From NCBI GenBank assembly GCA_029219345.1, contig JAQXTF010000071.1, positions 24-64,023 of the forward strand: a stretch of 64,000 bases of DNA, read 5' to 3'. The position numbers were made by a program, and so were the translations under genes. Below the pieces are notes generated by a model. The model was not told the DNA's origin and searched no databases. It saw only the letters and a program-made list of their open reading frames with translations. This document shows, piece by piece, positions 31,675 to 41,179 of this stretch. Position 1 is the stretch's first letter. Each line of letters opens with the position of its first letter. This DNA comes from Eggerthellales bacterium. GTDB lineage: Bacteria; Actinomycetota; Coriobacteriia; Coriobacteriales; Eggerthellaceae.

Positions 31675-32934
31675 ATGACTGAAGAACACTCATCTTATCT
31701 TTTCACGTCTGAAAGCGTGACCGAAGGTCATCCTGACAAGATTTGCGACCAGATTTCCGACGCAATTCTGGATGCCATTCTGGAAAAGGAAATCGAGCTG
31801 CAGGCTCAGGGCTACATTTCTCCTACGGGCGTTCCTGCCAACGTTGACAACGTGCGTTGCGCTTGCGAGACCATGACTTCCACCGGTTTGGTGGTTGTGA
31901 CCGGCGAAATTCGCACCGAGGCCTACGTTGATGTGCAGCAGATTGTGCGCGAAACCGTGCGCGAGATTGGCTACGACCGTGCCAAGTACGGCTTTGACTG
32001 TGACACTTGTGGCGTTATCAACGCCATTCATGAGCAGTCCGCCGACATTGCTATGGGCGTTGACCAGAGCTACGAAGCCCAGCATGGCGAAGGCGTTGAC
32101 GAAATTGACAAGGTTGGCGCTGGCGACCAGGGTATGGTATTTGGCTACGCTTGCAATGAGACCAGCACCCTGATGCCCATGCCCATCTACCTGGCTCATC
32201 GTTTGTCTGAGCGTCTGACCGAGGTGCGCAAGAACGGCACTTTGGATTACCTGCGCCCTGATGGCAAGACTCAGGTTTCCGTGCGCTACGTTGACGGCAA
32301 GCCCACCCAGGTGGAAAAGGTGCTCATTTCCACGCAGCATGCCGAAGAGGTTGAAGTGCTGCAAATCATGGAAGATCTGATTGCCAACGTTATTAATCCC
32401 GTGTTTGAGGCCGAGAACGTTACGGTGGCCGATAATCTTGAGATTTACGTGAACCCCACTGGCCGCTTTGTGGTGGGTGGCCCTATGGGCGACTCCGGCC
32501 TGACGGGTCGCAAGATCATTGTTGATACCTATGGTGGCATGGGTCGTCACGGCGGCGGCGCCTTCAGCGGTAAGGACTGCACCAAAGTTGACCGTTCTGC
32601 AGCATATGCTGCTCGTTGGGTTGCCAAGAACGTTGTTGCTGCTGAGCTGGCTGATCGCTGCGAAGTTCAGATTGCTTATGCCATTGGTGTTGCACATCCC
32701 ATCTCCGTTATGGTGGACACTTTCGGCACCAACCATGTGCCTGTTGCCGCTATCGAAGAAGCAGTGAGCAAGGTGTTCGACCTGCGTCCCGGAGCAATCA
32801 TTCGCGACCTCGACCTGCGTCGTCCCATCTACAAGAAGACCGCTGCTTATGGCCACTTCGGTCGTGAGCTGCCTGAATTTACTTGGGAAAAGACCGACCG
32901 CGTTGACGCTCTGCGCGCAGCTTGCGGTCTATAG
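31675..32934 (+). CDS. metK: S-adenosylmethionine synthetase
   Basis: [46 protein letters not shown]. Confidence 0.95.
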   Translation: MTEEHSSYLFTSESVTEGHPDKICDQISDAILDAILEKEIELQAQGYISPTGVPANVDNVRCACETMTSTGLVVVTGEIRTEAYVDVQQIVRETVREIGYDRAKYGFDCDTCGVINAIHEQSADIAMGVDQSYEAQHGEGVDEIDKVGAGDQGMVFGYACNETSTLMPMPIYLAHRLSERLTEVRKNGTLDYLRPDGKTQVSVRYVDGKPTQVEKVLISTQHAEEVEVLQIMEDLIANVINPVFEAENVTVADNLEIYVNPTGRFVVGGPMGDSGLTGRKIIVDTYGGMGRHGGGAFSGKDCTKVDRSAAYAARWVAKNVVAAELADRCEVQIAYAIGVAHPISVMVDTFGTNHVPVAAIEEAVSKVFDLRPGAIIRDLDLRRPIYKKTAAYGHFGRELPEFTWEKTDRVDALRAACGL

Positions 32935-32946
32935 GATCGTCCGGCA

Positions 32947-35250
32947 TTGTTTGCCTCCGTTGTCCTAGATATCCCCACTCAATCGCTGGACGCAGCATTT
33001 ACCTACGCTGTGCCTGCAGAAATTGAAGAACTTGACCTTATCGGGCGTGCCGTTGTGGTTCCTTTTGGACCCCGGCGCGCCCTGGGTTTTGTTTTGGACG
33101 TCTTCGGAGAAGAGGATCCTCGCGCCTCTGAGCTGAACCCGACAAAGATAAAAGAGATCTTCGAGGTGGCGAGCCAGTCCTTCTTTGATTCAGACGGTGC
33201 AGCCTGTGCCCAGTTTATGGCCCATTATTACATTGCGCCCCTCTCTTCATGCGTGCGCCTGTTCACGCCGCCGGGCGGTGTTCCCAAGGTGGTGCAGCGT
33301 AAGGGGGCCTGGGTGTTGGAGCAGCCGGTTATCGGCGAGGTGGATGACCGCTGGGCCACTCTTGGCCCCAAGGCAGAAGGTTTCGTGCCTCGTAAGGGTT
33401 CCTATAAGCAGGAGGCCGTGCTGGCAGCCGTGCGCAAAGGCGACGTGCGCGTGGCCGAGCTCACCGCCGAGTTCGGTGCGGTGAATTCGGCCCTTTCCGC
33501 TCTTGAGAAGAAGGGCGTGGTGCGGGTTGAGAACAGACGCCGCATGCGTGGCGTAAGCGATGCCTCCGAAAGTTCAGTTTTTCGCGTTGATATCGAAAAA
33601 CCCCAGCTCAACGAAGAGCAACAAAACGCATTGGATGTGATTACCGCTGCCTTTAACCGTCGCTCGGGCGAAGTGGTGCTGGTTGATGGCGTTACCGGTT
33701 CGGGCAAAACTGAGGTGTACCTGCGGATTATCGAAGAGGTGCTCAATCAGGGAAAGAACGCCATTGTGCTAGTCCCTGAAATTTCCCTGACTCCTCAGAC
33801 GGTGGCCCGTTTTCGCGGCCGATTTGGCAATCAGGTTGCGGTTATGCATTCGCGCATGAGCCAAGGCGAGCGCTACGATCAGTGGGATTTCATCCGCAGC
33901 GGCGCCGCCCGTGTGGTGGTGGGCGCTCGAAGCGCTCTGTTCACGCCTCTTCCTAATGTGGGCGCCATAATCATAGACGAAGAGCACGAAGGTTCCTACA
34001 AGCAGGATAGCCAGCCGCGCTACCATGCTCGCGATATTGCCTGCTGGCAGGCGCGGCGCAAAGGTGCCGTGGTAGTGCTGGGCTCGGCCACGCCGTCTTT
34101 GGAAGCGCTGCATGCCTGCGAAGCTAATGCCCACTGGCATCAGGTGACGCTGAAGAATCGAGCAAACCAAAAGCCACTGCCTAAGATTGCAGTGGTGGAT
34201 ATGGCCCATGAGTTCAACGTGGGTCATAAATCTATGTTTTCGCGCCCCCTTATTGAGGCTTTGAAAAACGAGCTTTCTGCTGGTCGCAAGGCGGTTCTTA
34301 TGCTTAATCAGCGCGGATTCGCCAAATTTTTGCTCTGCCGTGATTGCGGTTTCGTGCCTACCTGTGATTCGTGTTCGACCTCGCTGACGTATCACGAAAA
34401 TGGCGGTAAAATCGTGTGCCATCACTGCGGTCATACTGAGCTGGCTCCCGCTGCGTGCTCCAAGTGCGGCAGCCCCTATCTGAAGAAATTTGGTGCGGGC
34501 ACTCAACGCGTAGAAGCGGAACTTAAGGCCCTTATCAGCGGTTTCGGGGAAGATTTCTCTGACGTGGCCATCATTCGCATGGATGCTGACACAACAAAAA
34601 CCAAAGGAGCCCATCAAAAGCTGCTGGAAGAATTTGTGCAGGCTTCTCGCGCAGTGCTCTTGGGCACCCAGATGATTGCCAAGGGCTTGGACTTCGATGA
34701 CGTGACCTTGGTGGGGGTCATCAACGCAGACACCACACTTCATCTGCCTGATTATCGTGCAGGCGAGCGAACCTTTGACCTCATTGAGCAAGTTGCCGGT
34801 CGTGCGGGCCGAGCAGATCTGCCGGGCCGTGTAATCGTTCAAACCTATGATGCAACGGTGCCCGCCATTCAGGCAGCCAAAAACTATGATCGATCTCTGC
34901 TTCTTGAGGATGAGCTTCCCAAGCGCGAACTTCTGGGGTATCCGCCTTATGTGCGTATGGCAAACATTCTGGTGTGGGGCGAAGACGAATCTCAGGTAAA
35001 AGCTGCAGCTCAAGAGCTATATATTCAGCTTGATCAGGCTTTGGGGCTTTTGGATAGGGAAGAGGTTACAGTGCTGCCTGCAACCCCGTGCGTGCTTTCG
35101 AAGCTTAAGAAGATGCATCGCTGGCACATCGTGCTTTCGTGTAGTCCCGAATACGATCTTCCAGGCCTGCTTGAACCCTTCTTCCGCAGCAGAAAAACCA
35201 GCGATAGCGTTCGTGTTTCCATTGACGTTGACCCGCAAAACTTGCTATAA
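32947..35250 (+). CDS. priA: Primosomal protein N' (replication restart helicase PriA)
   Basis: DGVTGSGKTEVY, IIDEEHEGSYKQ, and the Cys-rich insertion CRDCGFVPTCDSCSTSLTYHENGGKIVCHHCGH...CSKCGS. Confidence 0.9.
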   Translation: MFASVVLDIPTQSLDAAFTYAVPAEIEELDLIGRAVVVPFGPRRALGFVLDVFGEEDPRASELNPTKIKEIFEVASQSFFDSDGAACAQFMAHYYIAPLSSCVRLFTPPGGVPKVVQRKGAWVLEQPVIGEVDDRWATLGPKAEGFVPRKGSYKQEAVLAAVRKGDVRVAELTAEFGAVNSALSALEKKGVVRVENRRRMRGVSDASESSVFRVDIEKPQLNEEQQNALDVITAAFNRRSGEVVLVDGVTGSGKTEVYLRIIEEVLNQGKNAIVLVPEISLTPQTVARFRGRFGNQVAVMHSRMSQGERYDQWDFIRSGAARVVVGARSALFTPLPNVGAIIIDEEHEGSYKQDSQPRYHARDIACWQARRKGAVVVLGSATPSLEALHACEANAHWHQVTLKNRANQKPLPKIAVVDMAHEFNVGHKSMFSRPLIEALKNELSAGRKAVLMLNQRGFAKFLLCRDCGFVPTCDSCSTSLTYHENGGKIVCHHCGHTELAPAACSKCGSPYLKKFGAGTQRVEAELKALISGFGEDFSDVAIIRMDADTTKTKGAHQKLLEEFVQASRAVLLGTQMIAKGLDFDDVTLVGVINADTTLHLPDYRAGERTFDLIEQVAGRAGRADLPGRVIVQTYDATVPAIQAAKNYDRSLLLEDELPKRELLGYPPYVRMANILVWGEDESQVKAAAQELYIQLDQALGLLDREEVTVLPATPCVLSKLKKMHRWHIVLSCSPEYDLPGLLEPFFRSRKTSDSVRVSIDVDPQNLL

Positions 35251-35324
35251 TTCAAAATTCGAATAAGTAGGTCTATAACTAGGCCTATATTGCTGTGCAC
35301 ATTTCTCAATGAAAGGACGCGAGC

Positions 35325-36578
35325 GTGGCAAGAGTTTCAAAAAAAGCAGCAAAGCCCGTTGAGGAAGTTGAAGCAGAAAATGCAATCGTCAATGTTGAGG
35401 AGAACGTTGACGATGAGGCAAATGCAGGCGCCGACATCATGCCTGTAGACGACGACATTCTTGCCGTTGCATCAGAAGTTGACAAATCCGATGGTCCCAC
35501 CCCCGGTGAAGAAACCGATGAAGAGCTGCTGGAAGGCATCCCTGAGGAAGAGCTGAAGGCAGTGGCGGAAGTTGCTTTGCCCAAGGTTGGCGGCCGTACT
35601 CGTCGCGTGGTGAAGGCCCGCAACCACCGCAGCGGCGATGGTGGCGTTACCATGCTTACCGGTGACCCCGTTCGTATGTACTTGAAGGAAATTGGCCGCG
35701 TTCAGCTGCTGACTGGTCCTCAGGAAATTGACCTTGCAATGAAGATTGAGGCTGGCGTTGCAGCTACCGCCGAACTGGACAAGGCTGAAGAAGAGGGCAT
35801 TGAGCTTGATCGTCGCGAAAAGCGCCGCTTGAGCCGTATTGAGCAGGTTGGTCTGGACGCTAAGCAGCAGCTCATTGAGGCAAATCTTCGTCTGGTTGTT
35901 TCCATTGCAAAGCGTTATGTTGGCCGCGGCATGCTGTTCCTTGACCTGATTCAGGAAGGCAACCTGGGTCTTATCCGCGCTGTTGAGAAGTTCGATTACA
36001 AGAAGGGCTTCAAATTCTCCACCTATGCTACGTGGTGGATTCGCCAGGCTATCACCCGCGCTATCGCTGATCAGGCACGCACCATCCGCATTCCTGTGCA
36101 TATGGTTGAAACCATCAACAAGCTGGTGCGCATCCAGCGCCAGCTGCTGCAGGAGCTGGGTCATGAGCCTACTGCCGAGGAAATTGCAGAGCGTATGGAA
36201 ATGACTCCCGAGCGCGTTCTTGAGATTCAGAAGATTTCTCAGGAGCCCGTTTCTCTGGAAACTCCCATTGGCGAAGAGGAAGATAGCCAGCTGGGCGACT
36301 TCATTGAAGATGATGCGGCTGTTGCTCCCCCTGATGCTGCTAGCTATGTGCTTATGAAGGAAAAACTCAACGAGGTCTTGGATGAGCTTGCTGAGCGCGA
36401 GCGCAAAGTTATCAGCCTGCGTTTTGGTCTGGAAGATGGCCATCCCCATACCTTGGAGGAAGTGGGCCGCGAGTTTGGCGTTACCCGCGAGCGTATTCGC
36501 CAGATTGAGAGCAAGACTTTGGCTAAGCTTCGCCACCCTTCCCGTTCCAGCTCTTTGAAGGGCTTTTTGGAGGAGTAA
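35325..36578 (+). CDS. rpoD: Primary RNA polymerase sigma factor (RpoD/SigA)
   Basis: [30 protein letters not shown] (region 2.4/3) and [27 protein letters not shown] (region 4.2), with an acidic N-terminal extension. Confidence 0.9.
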   Translation: MARVSKKAAKPVEEVEAENAIVNVEENVDDEANAGADIMPVDDDILAVASEVDKSDGPTPGEETDEELLEGIPEEELKAVAEVALPKVGGRTRRVVKARNHRSGDGGVTMLTGDPVRMYLKEIGRVQLLTGPQEIDLAMKIEAGVAATAELDKAEEEGIELDRREKRRLSRIEQVGLDAKQQLIEANLRLVVSIAKRYVGRGMLFLDLIQEGNLGLIRAVEKFDYKKGFKFSTYATWWIRQAITRAIADQARTIRIPVHMVETINKLVRIQRQLLQELGHEPTAEEIAERMEMTPERVLEIQKISQEPVSLETPIGEEEDSQLGDFIEDDAAVAPPDAASYVLMKEKLNEVLDELAERERKVISLRFGLEDGHPHTLEEVGREFGVTRERIRQIESKTLAKLRHPSRSSSLKGFLEE

Positions 36579-36581
36579 AGC

Positions 36582-37676
36582 GTGGCGGAAAACCTCATTA
36601 CCGAGAAACCGCAATTCACGATTGGCGTTCCCAGCTTGGATGGGGGCGCCAATTGCTCTATTGAGGTTTACGACAAGCAGTCTGAGCAGTTTGCGGCGCG
36701 GTTGCGCAAGGTGTTCAAGGAGCGCCGGAAGTGGGCCGCTAAAGAGGGCGTGTCCTGCTATCGCATCTACGATGCCGATCTGCCCGATTATGCCGTAGCC
36801 ATCGACCTGTACCAGTGCACTGGCAGTCTAGTCGACCCTTTCCGAAACTTTGCCGAAGAGGGGGAGAGCTTCCTCTACATTGCTGAGTACAAAGCTCCTA
36901 AAAACATCGACGAGAACAAAGCGCGTCGCCGCTTTGCGGACGTGTGCGCAATTGCTCCCGCGGTATGCGGTGTTCTTCCCGAGGATGTATTCGCCAAGGT
37001 GCGCCAGCAGGCTAAAGGCGGCGCCCAGTATGCCGAAAACGACGAATCTTTCACCTTTGCCTCATCTGAGTATGGTCTTTCCTTTGAAATCGACCTGGGA
37101 GCCTATCTTGATACGGGATTGTTTTTGGATCACCGTATGACCCGTCGCATGGTGGGGCAGCTGTGCAAGGGGAAAACCTTTTTGAACCTGTTTGCTTACA
37201 CCGGATCTTGCAGTGTTCATGCGGCCGCCGGTGGCGCTTTCACCACTACAACGGTTGACCTTTCTCAGACCTATTTGGACTGGGCGCAACGCAACATGCA
37301 GCTGAACGGCTTTGAGGGCGGCAATCACTCCTTTGAGCGCGGTGACACCATGGCTTGGTTGCGCGAGGCCTCCAAGAAGGGCCGAAAGTTTGACGTGGTT
37401 TTCGTTGATCCGCCTACGTTTTCCAATTCAAAAGCCATGAGGGGCACTTGGGACGTCCAGCGCGATCATGTGGGTCTTTTGCGGTTGGTAAACGGCGTTT
37501 TGGCGGAAGACGGTGTGGTTTTTTTCTCCTGCAACTTGCGCTCCTTTAAGATTGACGCTGAAGCCCTTGAATCCCTGGGTTTGGTGGTTGAAGATATCAG
37601 CGCAAAGACCATTCCCGCCGACTTCCAGAGAAATGGCAAAATCCATCAATGCTTCTTGTTGAAAAGGAGCAAATAA
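36582..37676 (+). CDS. rlmK: Class I SAM-dependent 23S rRNA methyltransferase resembling the C-terminal (RlmK, m7G2069) half of E. coli RlmKL
   Basis: YLDTGLFLDHRMTRRMVGQLCKGKTFLNLFAYTGSCSVHAA, VFVDPPTFSNSK, DVQRDH, and NGKIHQCFLL closely track the E. coli RlmKL C-terminal domain as I remember it. Confidence 0.7.
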   Translation: MAENLITEKPQFTIGVPSLDGGANCSIEVYDKQSEQFAARLRKVFKERRKWAAKEGVSCYRIYDADLPDYAVAIDLYQCTGSLVDPFRNFAEEGESFLYIAEYKAPKNIDENKARRRFADVCAIAPAVCGVLPEDVFAKVRQQAKGGAQYAENDESFTFASSEYGLSFEIDLGAYLDTGLFLDHRMTRRMVGQLCKGKTFLNLFAYTGSCSVHAAAGGAFTTTTVDLSQTYLDWAQRNMQLNGFEGGNHSFERGDTMAWLREASKKGRKFDVVFVDPPTFSNSKAMRGTWDVQRDHVGLLRLVNGVLAEDGVVFFSCNLRSFKIDAEALESLGLVVEDISAKTIPADFQRNGKIHQCFLLKRSK

Positions 37677-37699
37677 TTTCAAAAAGTTGGAAATTCCTC

Positions 37700-37727
37700 T
37701 TGCGTCATTTTTGGATTCCTCTATAAT
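37700..37727 (+). promoter_or_regulatory. Candidate promoter for tRNA-Asn
   Basis: TTGCGT, 16 nt spacer, TATAAT, about 34 nt upstream of the tRNA 5' end. Confidence 0.45.
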
Positions 37728-37760
37728 ACTTCCTTGCGCAAAGGGAAAAGCGCAATGCAT

Positions 37761-37836
<76 letters not shown>

Positions 37837-37848
37837 CGAACTTCCACG

Positions 37849-37872
37849 GCCGCCTCTTTGGCGGCTGTTTTC
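37849..37872 (+). terminator. Rho-independent terminator after tRNA-Asn
   Basis: GCCGCC-TCTTT-GGCGGC followed by TGTTTT. Confidence 0.6.
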
Positions 37873-37894
37873 ATGATAGAATGCTTTAAGCAAC

Positions 37895-37969
37895 GGGCCT
37901 GTAGCTCAACGGTGGAGCAGGGGACTCATAATCCTTTGGTTCTCGGTTCGAATCCGGGTGGGCCCACCA
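37895..37969 (+). tRNA. tRNA with anticodon CAT (elongator Met, or Ile2 if lysidine-modified; not initiator-like), CCA encoded
   Basis: GGGCCTG TA GCTC AACGGTG GAGC A GGGGA CTCATAA TCCTT TGGTT CTCGG TTCGAAT CCGGG TGGGCCC A CCA. Position 1-72 is a G-C pair and the anticodon stem lacks three consecutive G-C pairs. An extended -10 (TGATAGAAT) lies at 37874-37882. Confidence 0.85.
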
Positions 37970-37980
37970 TTTACCAAGCG

Positions 37981-38005
37981 TAGCCAGGCCATCCTGGCTA
38001 TTTTT
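37981..38005 (+). terminator. Rho-independent terminator after tRNA-CAT
   Basis: TAGCCAGG-CCAT-CCTGGCTA followed by TTTTT. Confidence 0.7.
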
Positions 38006-38020
38006 CGTTAAGGAGCCGCC

Positions 38021-38671
38021 ATGAGCGCTAAGGGACATGCCTATGAATTGATGACCCCCGAGCTTATCCAACAATGCTCGGGCATTCAGTTGGGAGATAC
38101 CCTTGTGAAGTCGTTGGTGTTCTCAACCGATATGGCGGTTATTCGAAATTGCGACGCAGATGCTGTTCTGTGCGTATATCCCTTCGCTTGCGATGAGGAA
38201 ATCAATCGCTCGGTGATTCAGGGGGCGGGCAAGCCCGTTCTGAATGGCGTTGCAGGAGCTATTACCGCTGGTCAACGTTGCGTTTGCCTAGCTCAAGCCG
38301 CACAGAAGGATGGTGCTGCTGCGGTTGTCGCTAATATGATGACTGATCCTGCAGATATTCGGGCCCTCACTGAAGCAGTGAGCATTCCCGTGGTGCTTAC
38401 CGTTGCCACCCTCGACGATGATACGCGCCTTCGTATTGAGGCTGGTGCCTCTATTATCAATGTTGCGGCGGGGCACAAAACCGCCCGCGTCGTTACGGCC
38501 GTTCGCGCCGAGTTTCCCCATATGTCCCTCATTGCAACCAGCGGTAAGAGCTATGAAGCCCTGAAACGCACTATAGAGGCTGGAGCCGATGCTATTACTT
38601 GGACTCCCCCCAGCATTCAGGAGATTGAGAGGCAGGTAATGTTGGGCCATCGAATCAGAGCAAACGCATAG
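38021..38671 (+). CDS. Hypothetical protein, alternating beta/alpha pattern suggestive of a TIM-barrel-type fold. Function unknown.
   Basis: A 216-aa ORF with plausible codon usage and repeated hydrophobic-strand/helix periodicity (VKSLVFSTD, AVLCVYP, PVLNGVAG, AAVVANMM, IPVVLTVA, SIINVAAG, SLIATSG, ADAITW). I recognise no diagnostic motif. Confidence 0.45.
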   Translation: MSAKGHAYELMTPELIQQCSGIQLGDTLVKSLVFSTDMAVIRNCDADAVLCVYPFACDEEINRSVIQGAGKPVLNGVAGAITAGQRCVCLAQAAQKDGAAAVVANMMTDPADIRALTEAVSIPVVLTVATLDDDTRLRIEAGASIINVAAGHKTARVVTAVRAEFPHMSLIATSGKSYEALKRTIEAGADAITWTPPSIQEIERQVMLGHRIRANA

Positions 38672-38677
38672 GCGATT

Positions 38678-38736
38678 TGGGCGGGCACCTTGGCGCTCCA
38701 AGAACCCGCTCGCTCGCACGCGGCGCGAAGGCCGCT
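38678..38736. repeat. Copy 1 of a 59-nt GC-rich direct repeat
   Basis: TGGGCGGGCACCTTGGCGCTCCAAGAACCCGCTCGCTCGCACGCGGCGCGAAGGCCGCT is identical to 38801-38859. It contains two internal hairpins (GCGGG..CTTGG-CGCT-CCAAG..CCCGC and GCGGC-GCGAAG-GCCGC). Confidence 0.9.
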
Positions 38737-38800
38737 TAGCTCGTCTCGCGGAACCTTTCCCGCCAATCTGCTCCGCCGAAATCGCCTAACGGGCTCCCCC

Positions 38801-38859
38801 TGGGCGGGCACCTTGGCGCTCCAAGAACCCGCTCGCTCGCACGCGGCGCGAAGGCCGCT
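38801..38859. repeat. Copy 2 of the 59-nt GC-rich direct repeat (period 123 nt)
   Basis: Exact match to 38678-38736. Confidence 0.9.
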
Positions 38860-38871
38860 AATCACTCTGAA

Positions 38872-38909
38872 TACAAAAATTGAAGAGGCCTACTTTTGTT
38901 GGCCTCTTC
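38872..38909 (-). terminator. Rho-independent terminator of the purF-like gene
   Basis: On the minus strand: GAAGAGGCC-(10 nt)-GGCCTCTTC followed by AATTTTTG. Confidence 0.65.
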
Positions 38910-39012
38910 GTAATGATGAAATATGAAGGAGCGACCGCTACAACCGAAGGTTGCGAGGGCAGCGGGTGATTAAGGGGCTCCACCCACTATCGCCGCTGAA
39001 AGAGTAAGCAAT

Positions 39013-40437
39013 CTATTCCTTGCCGCTCCAGCAGTAGGTGCAAACCTTCTCGGGGGGCAAGCCGATGGCTTCCAGAAGGCCATCCAGGCTCTGATAGCGC
39101 AAAGAATCGAACTTCATCTCGTCGCAGATGCTCTTCAGCAGGCACTTGCCGCGCTCGGTCTTAGCGTCTGCGTACTCGTCCAGATGCTTCTGACCCTCAT
39201 CGCCTTCCAGCTCCTGAACCTTGCGGCGTGCAATCAGGTCCATGTCGCTCTTGTTGGTGGAGAAGCTCAGGTACTTGCAGCCATACATGATAGGCGGGCA
39301 AGCGGAGCGCATGTGTACTTCTTTGGCGCCGTTGTTGTACAGGAACTCAACGGTTTCGCGCAGTTGGGTGCCACGAACGATGGAGTCGTCCACGAACAGT
39401 AGCTTCTTGTCCTTGATCAAATCCTGAACAGGAACCTGCTTCATGTGAGCAACCTTGTTGCGCAACTCCTGATTACCCGGCATGAAGGAGCGAGGCCAGG
39501 TGGGGGTGTATTTCACGAAAGGACGGCCAAAGGGCATGCCCGAATCATGGGCGTAGCCAATAGCGTGGGGCAGACCGGAGTCGGGAATGCCGGCCACGTA
39601 ATCAACCTGGGGACGAACGCCGGCTTCTTCTTCATCACGGGACATGATAGCGCCGTTGCGATAACGCATGACCTCAACGTTAACGCCTTCGTAGGTGGAG
39701 TTGGGATAGCCGTAGTAGCTCCACAGGAAGGCGCAGATCTTCATCTCTTCGCCAGCTTCCTTGAGGGTTTCATAGCCATCGGGGGTTACTTTCACAATTT
39801 CGCCAGAGCCCAGCTCGTACTCGTCAACGTAGCCCAGCTTCTGATAAGCGAAAGACTCGAAAGAAATAGCGTAGCCTTCATCGTCCTTGCCAATGAGGAT
39901 GGGCAAACGACCCTTGGCGTCGCGGGCACAGATGATGTTGCCGTCTTCCTGCAGGATGATAAGGGTAACGGTGCCCTCTACAACGTCCTGCACGTGCTGA
40001 ATGCCATCAACCAGGGTTTCCTTCTGGTTGATGATTGCTGCAATGAGCTCAACGTCGTTAATGCCGCCGTCGCTCATAGCGGTGAACTGATGGCTCTTGT
40101 CGGACAGGTACTCATCGGTGAGAGCTCGCTTATTGTTGATGATGCCCGTGAAAGCCAAAGCGAATACGCCCAGGTGAGAGCGGACAATCAGAGGCTGAGG
40201 GTCCTTATCGGAGATGCAACCGATGCAAGCGGAGCCAGAAAAACGGTCAAGGTCTGCTTCGAATTTGGTGCGGAACGGGGTATTCTCAATAGAGTGAATC
40301 TCACGCTCAAAGCCGCCTTCGAAAAGTCGGCTGCACATACCGGCACGCTTGGTGCCCAGGTGGGAATGATAGTCAACGCCAAAGAAGACGTCCAAGCTTA
40401 CGTCGCGATGAGACGTTGCTCCGAAAAAACCGCCCAT
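39013..40437 (-). CDS. Amidophosphoribosyltransferase-like protein (PurF family) lacking the N-terminal Cys nucleophile
   Basis: Ntn-amidotransferase-like N-domain plus a PRTase domain (LLFVDDSIVRGTQL). The N-terminus is MGGFFGATS rather than the canonical (pro)CG[IV]xG. I prefer the start at 40437 after GAGAGGA; the ORF track extends to 40515. Confidence 0.75.
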   Translation of the reverse strand: MGGFFGATSHRDVSLDVFFGVDYHSHLGTKRAGMCSRLFEGGFEREIHSIENTPFRTKFEADLDRFSGSACIGCISDKDPQPLIVRSHLGVFALAFTGIINNKRALTDEYLSDKSHQFTAMSDGGINDVELIAAIINQKETLVDGIQHVQDVVEGTVTLIILQEDGNIICARDAKGRLPILIGKDDEGYAISFESFAYQKLGYVDEYELGSGEIVKVTPDGYETLKEAGEEMKICAFLWSYYGYPNSTYEGVNVEVMRYRNGAIMSRDEEEAGVRPQVDYVAGIPDSGLPHAIGYAHDSGMPFGRPFVKYTPTWPRSFMPGNQELRNKVAHMKQVPVQDLIKDKKLLFVDDSIVRGTQLRETVEFLYNNGAKEVHMRSACPPIMYGCKYLSFSTNKSDMDLIARRKVQELEGDEGQKHLDEYADAKTERGKCLLKSICDEMKFDSLRYQSLDGLLEAIGLPPEKVCTYCWSGKE

Positions 40438-40616
40438 GAATAATCCTCTCGATAAATAGGGGAGTTCCAAAAATGAACCTAAAAATACATCCTCAGTATA
40501 GGCTTTGCCATGCATAAATACGGGGGTGACAAGTTGTATTTTTCATAAGGGAAACATAGTATTGGTCAACGGTTGTGACACAATTGCTCTATGAGAGACA
40601 AGAACTAGGAGCGCTT

Positions 40617-41048
40617 ATGAAAAATGTAACCCCGCTTACCATTCGTTATGCCGAAACCGACATGATGGGCGTTGTGTATCACGCCAATTACCTGCTTTAC
40701 ATGGAAGATGCTCGTACGGCATTCTTGGAGGCCCTGGGCATTCCTTATCAGACCATGGAAGATGCAGGATTCATGTCGCCGGTTTTGTCTTTGGAGGTTA
40801 ATTACGGCTCTCCTTTGCGATATGGCGATAAAGCGGTGATGGTCACTTGGGTTTCCCGATCGACGGCTGTGAAAACCGTATATAACTATGCCATTTTCCG
40901 TGAAGGCGATGACATTGAGAATTCGAAGCCTTTATTCACGGGTAGCAGCACTCATTGCGTAGTACGACGTGACTCCTTTGAACCGGTAAGCATAAAAAGA
41001 GAGTTTCCCCAGCTCTTCGAGGCCTATAAACAGGTTTTGGAAGAATAG
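40617..41048 (+). CDS. YbgC/4HBT-family acyl-CoA thioesterase
   Basis: IRYAETDMMGVVYHANYLLYMEDARTAFLEALG (catalytic Asp in the ETD context). I prefer the ATG at 40617 after AGGAG. Confidence 0.75.
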   Translation: MKNVTPLTIRYAETDMMGVVYHANYLLYMEDARTAFLEALGIPYQTMEDAGFMSPVLSLEVNYGSPLRYGDKAVMVTWVSRSTAVKTVYNYAIFREGDDIENSKPLFTGSSTHCVVRRDSFEPVSIKREFPQLFEAYKQVLEE

Positions 41049-41179
41049 ATTTCGCTAATGTTAAGAAAATATGCAGTAATCGAAATATGCTCCACTCGCT
41101 CTTGACATAAAGTTTACTTCAGGGATTAATGTTCGAAATATACTATTAATGCACAAAAAAATGAACAGGAGTCCCGTCT

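Noticed and set aside
37895-37969. Initiator tRNA-fMet assignment for the CAT tRNA
   Set aside because: Position 1-72 is a normal G-C pair rather than the C-A mismatch. The anticodon stem is GGGGA/UCCUU, without three consecutive G-C pairs next to the loop. It is an elongator Met or lysidine-dependent Ile2 tRNA, and I cannot tell which.
38678-38859. CRISPR array?
   Set aside because: There are only two repeat copies, the repeat is 59 nt long with a 64-nt spacer, and no cas genes are in the window. This is not CRISPR-like.
38617-38926. ORFs 38690-38926 (+) and 38617-38865 (-) in the tRNA-proximal gap
   Set aside because: Both merely translate the 59-nt direct repeat twice (duplicated peptides LQEPARSHAARRPL and SGLRAACERAGSWSAKVPAQ). 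There is no RBS and the composition is unlike neighbouring genes. I treat them as artefacts of the repeat.
40438-40616. Purine riboswitch upstream of the purF-like gene (minus strand)
   Set aside because: The minus-strand leader lacks the conserved UAUAAU..UAUGG..GUUUCUACC..CCGUAAA blocks of the purine riboswitch. Only weak, short hairpins are present.
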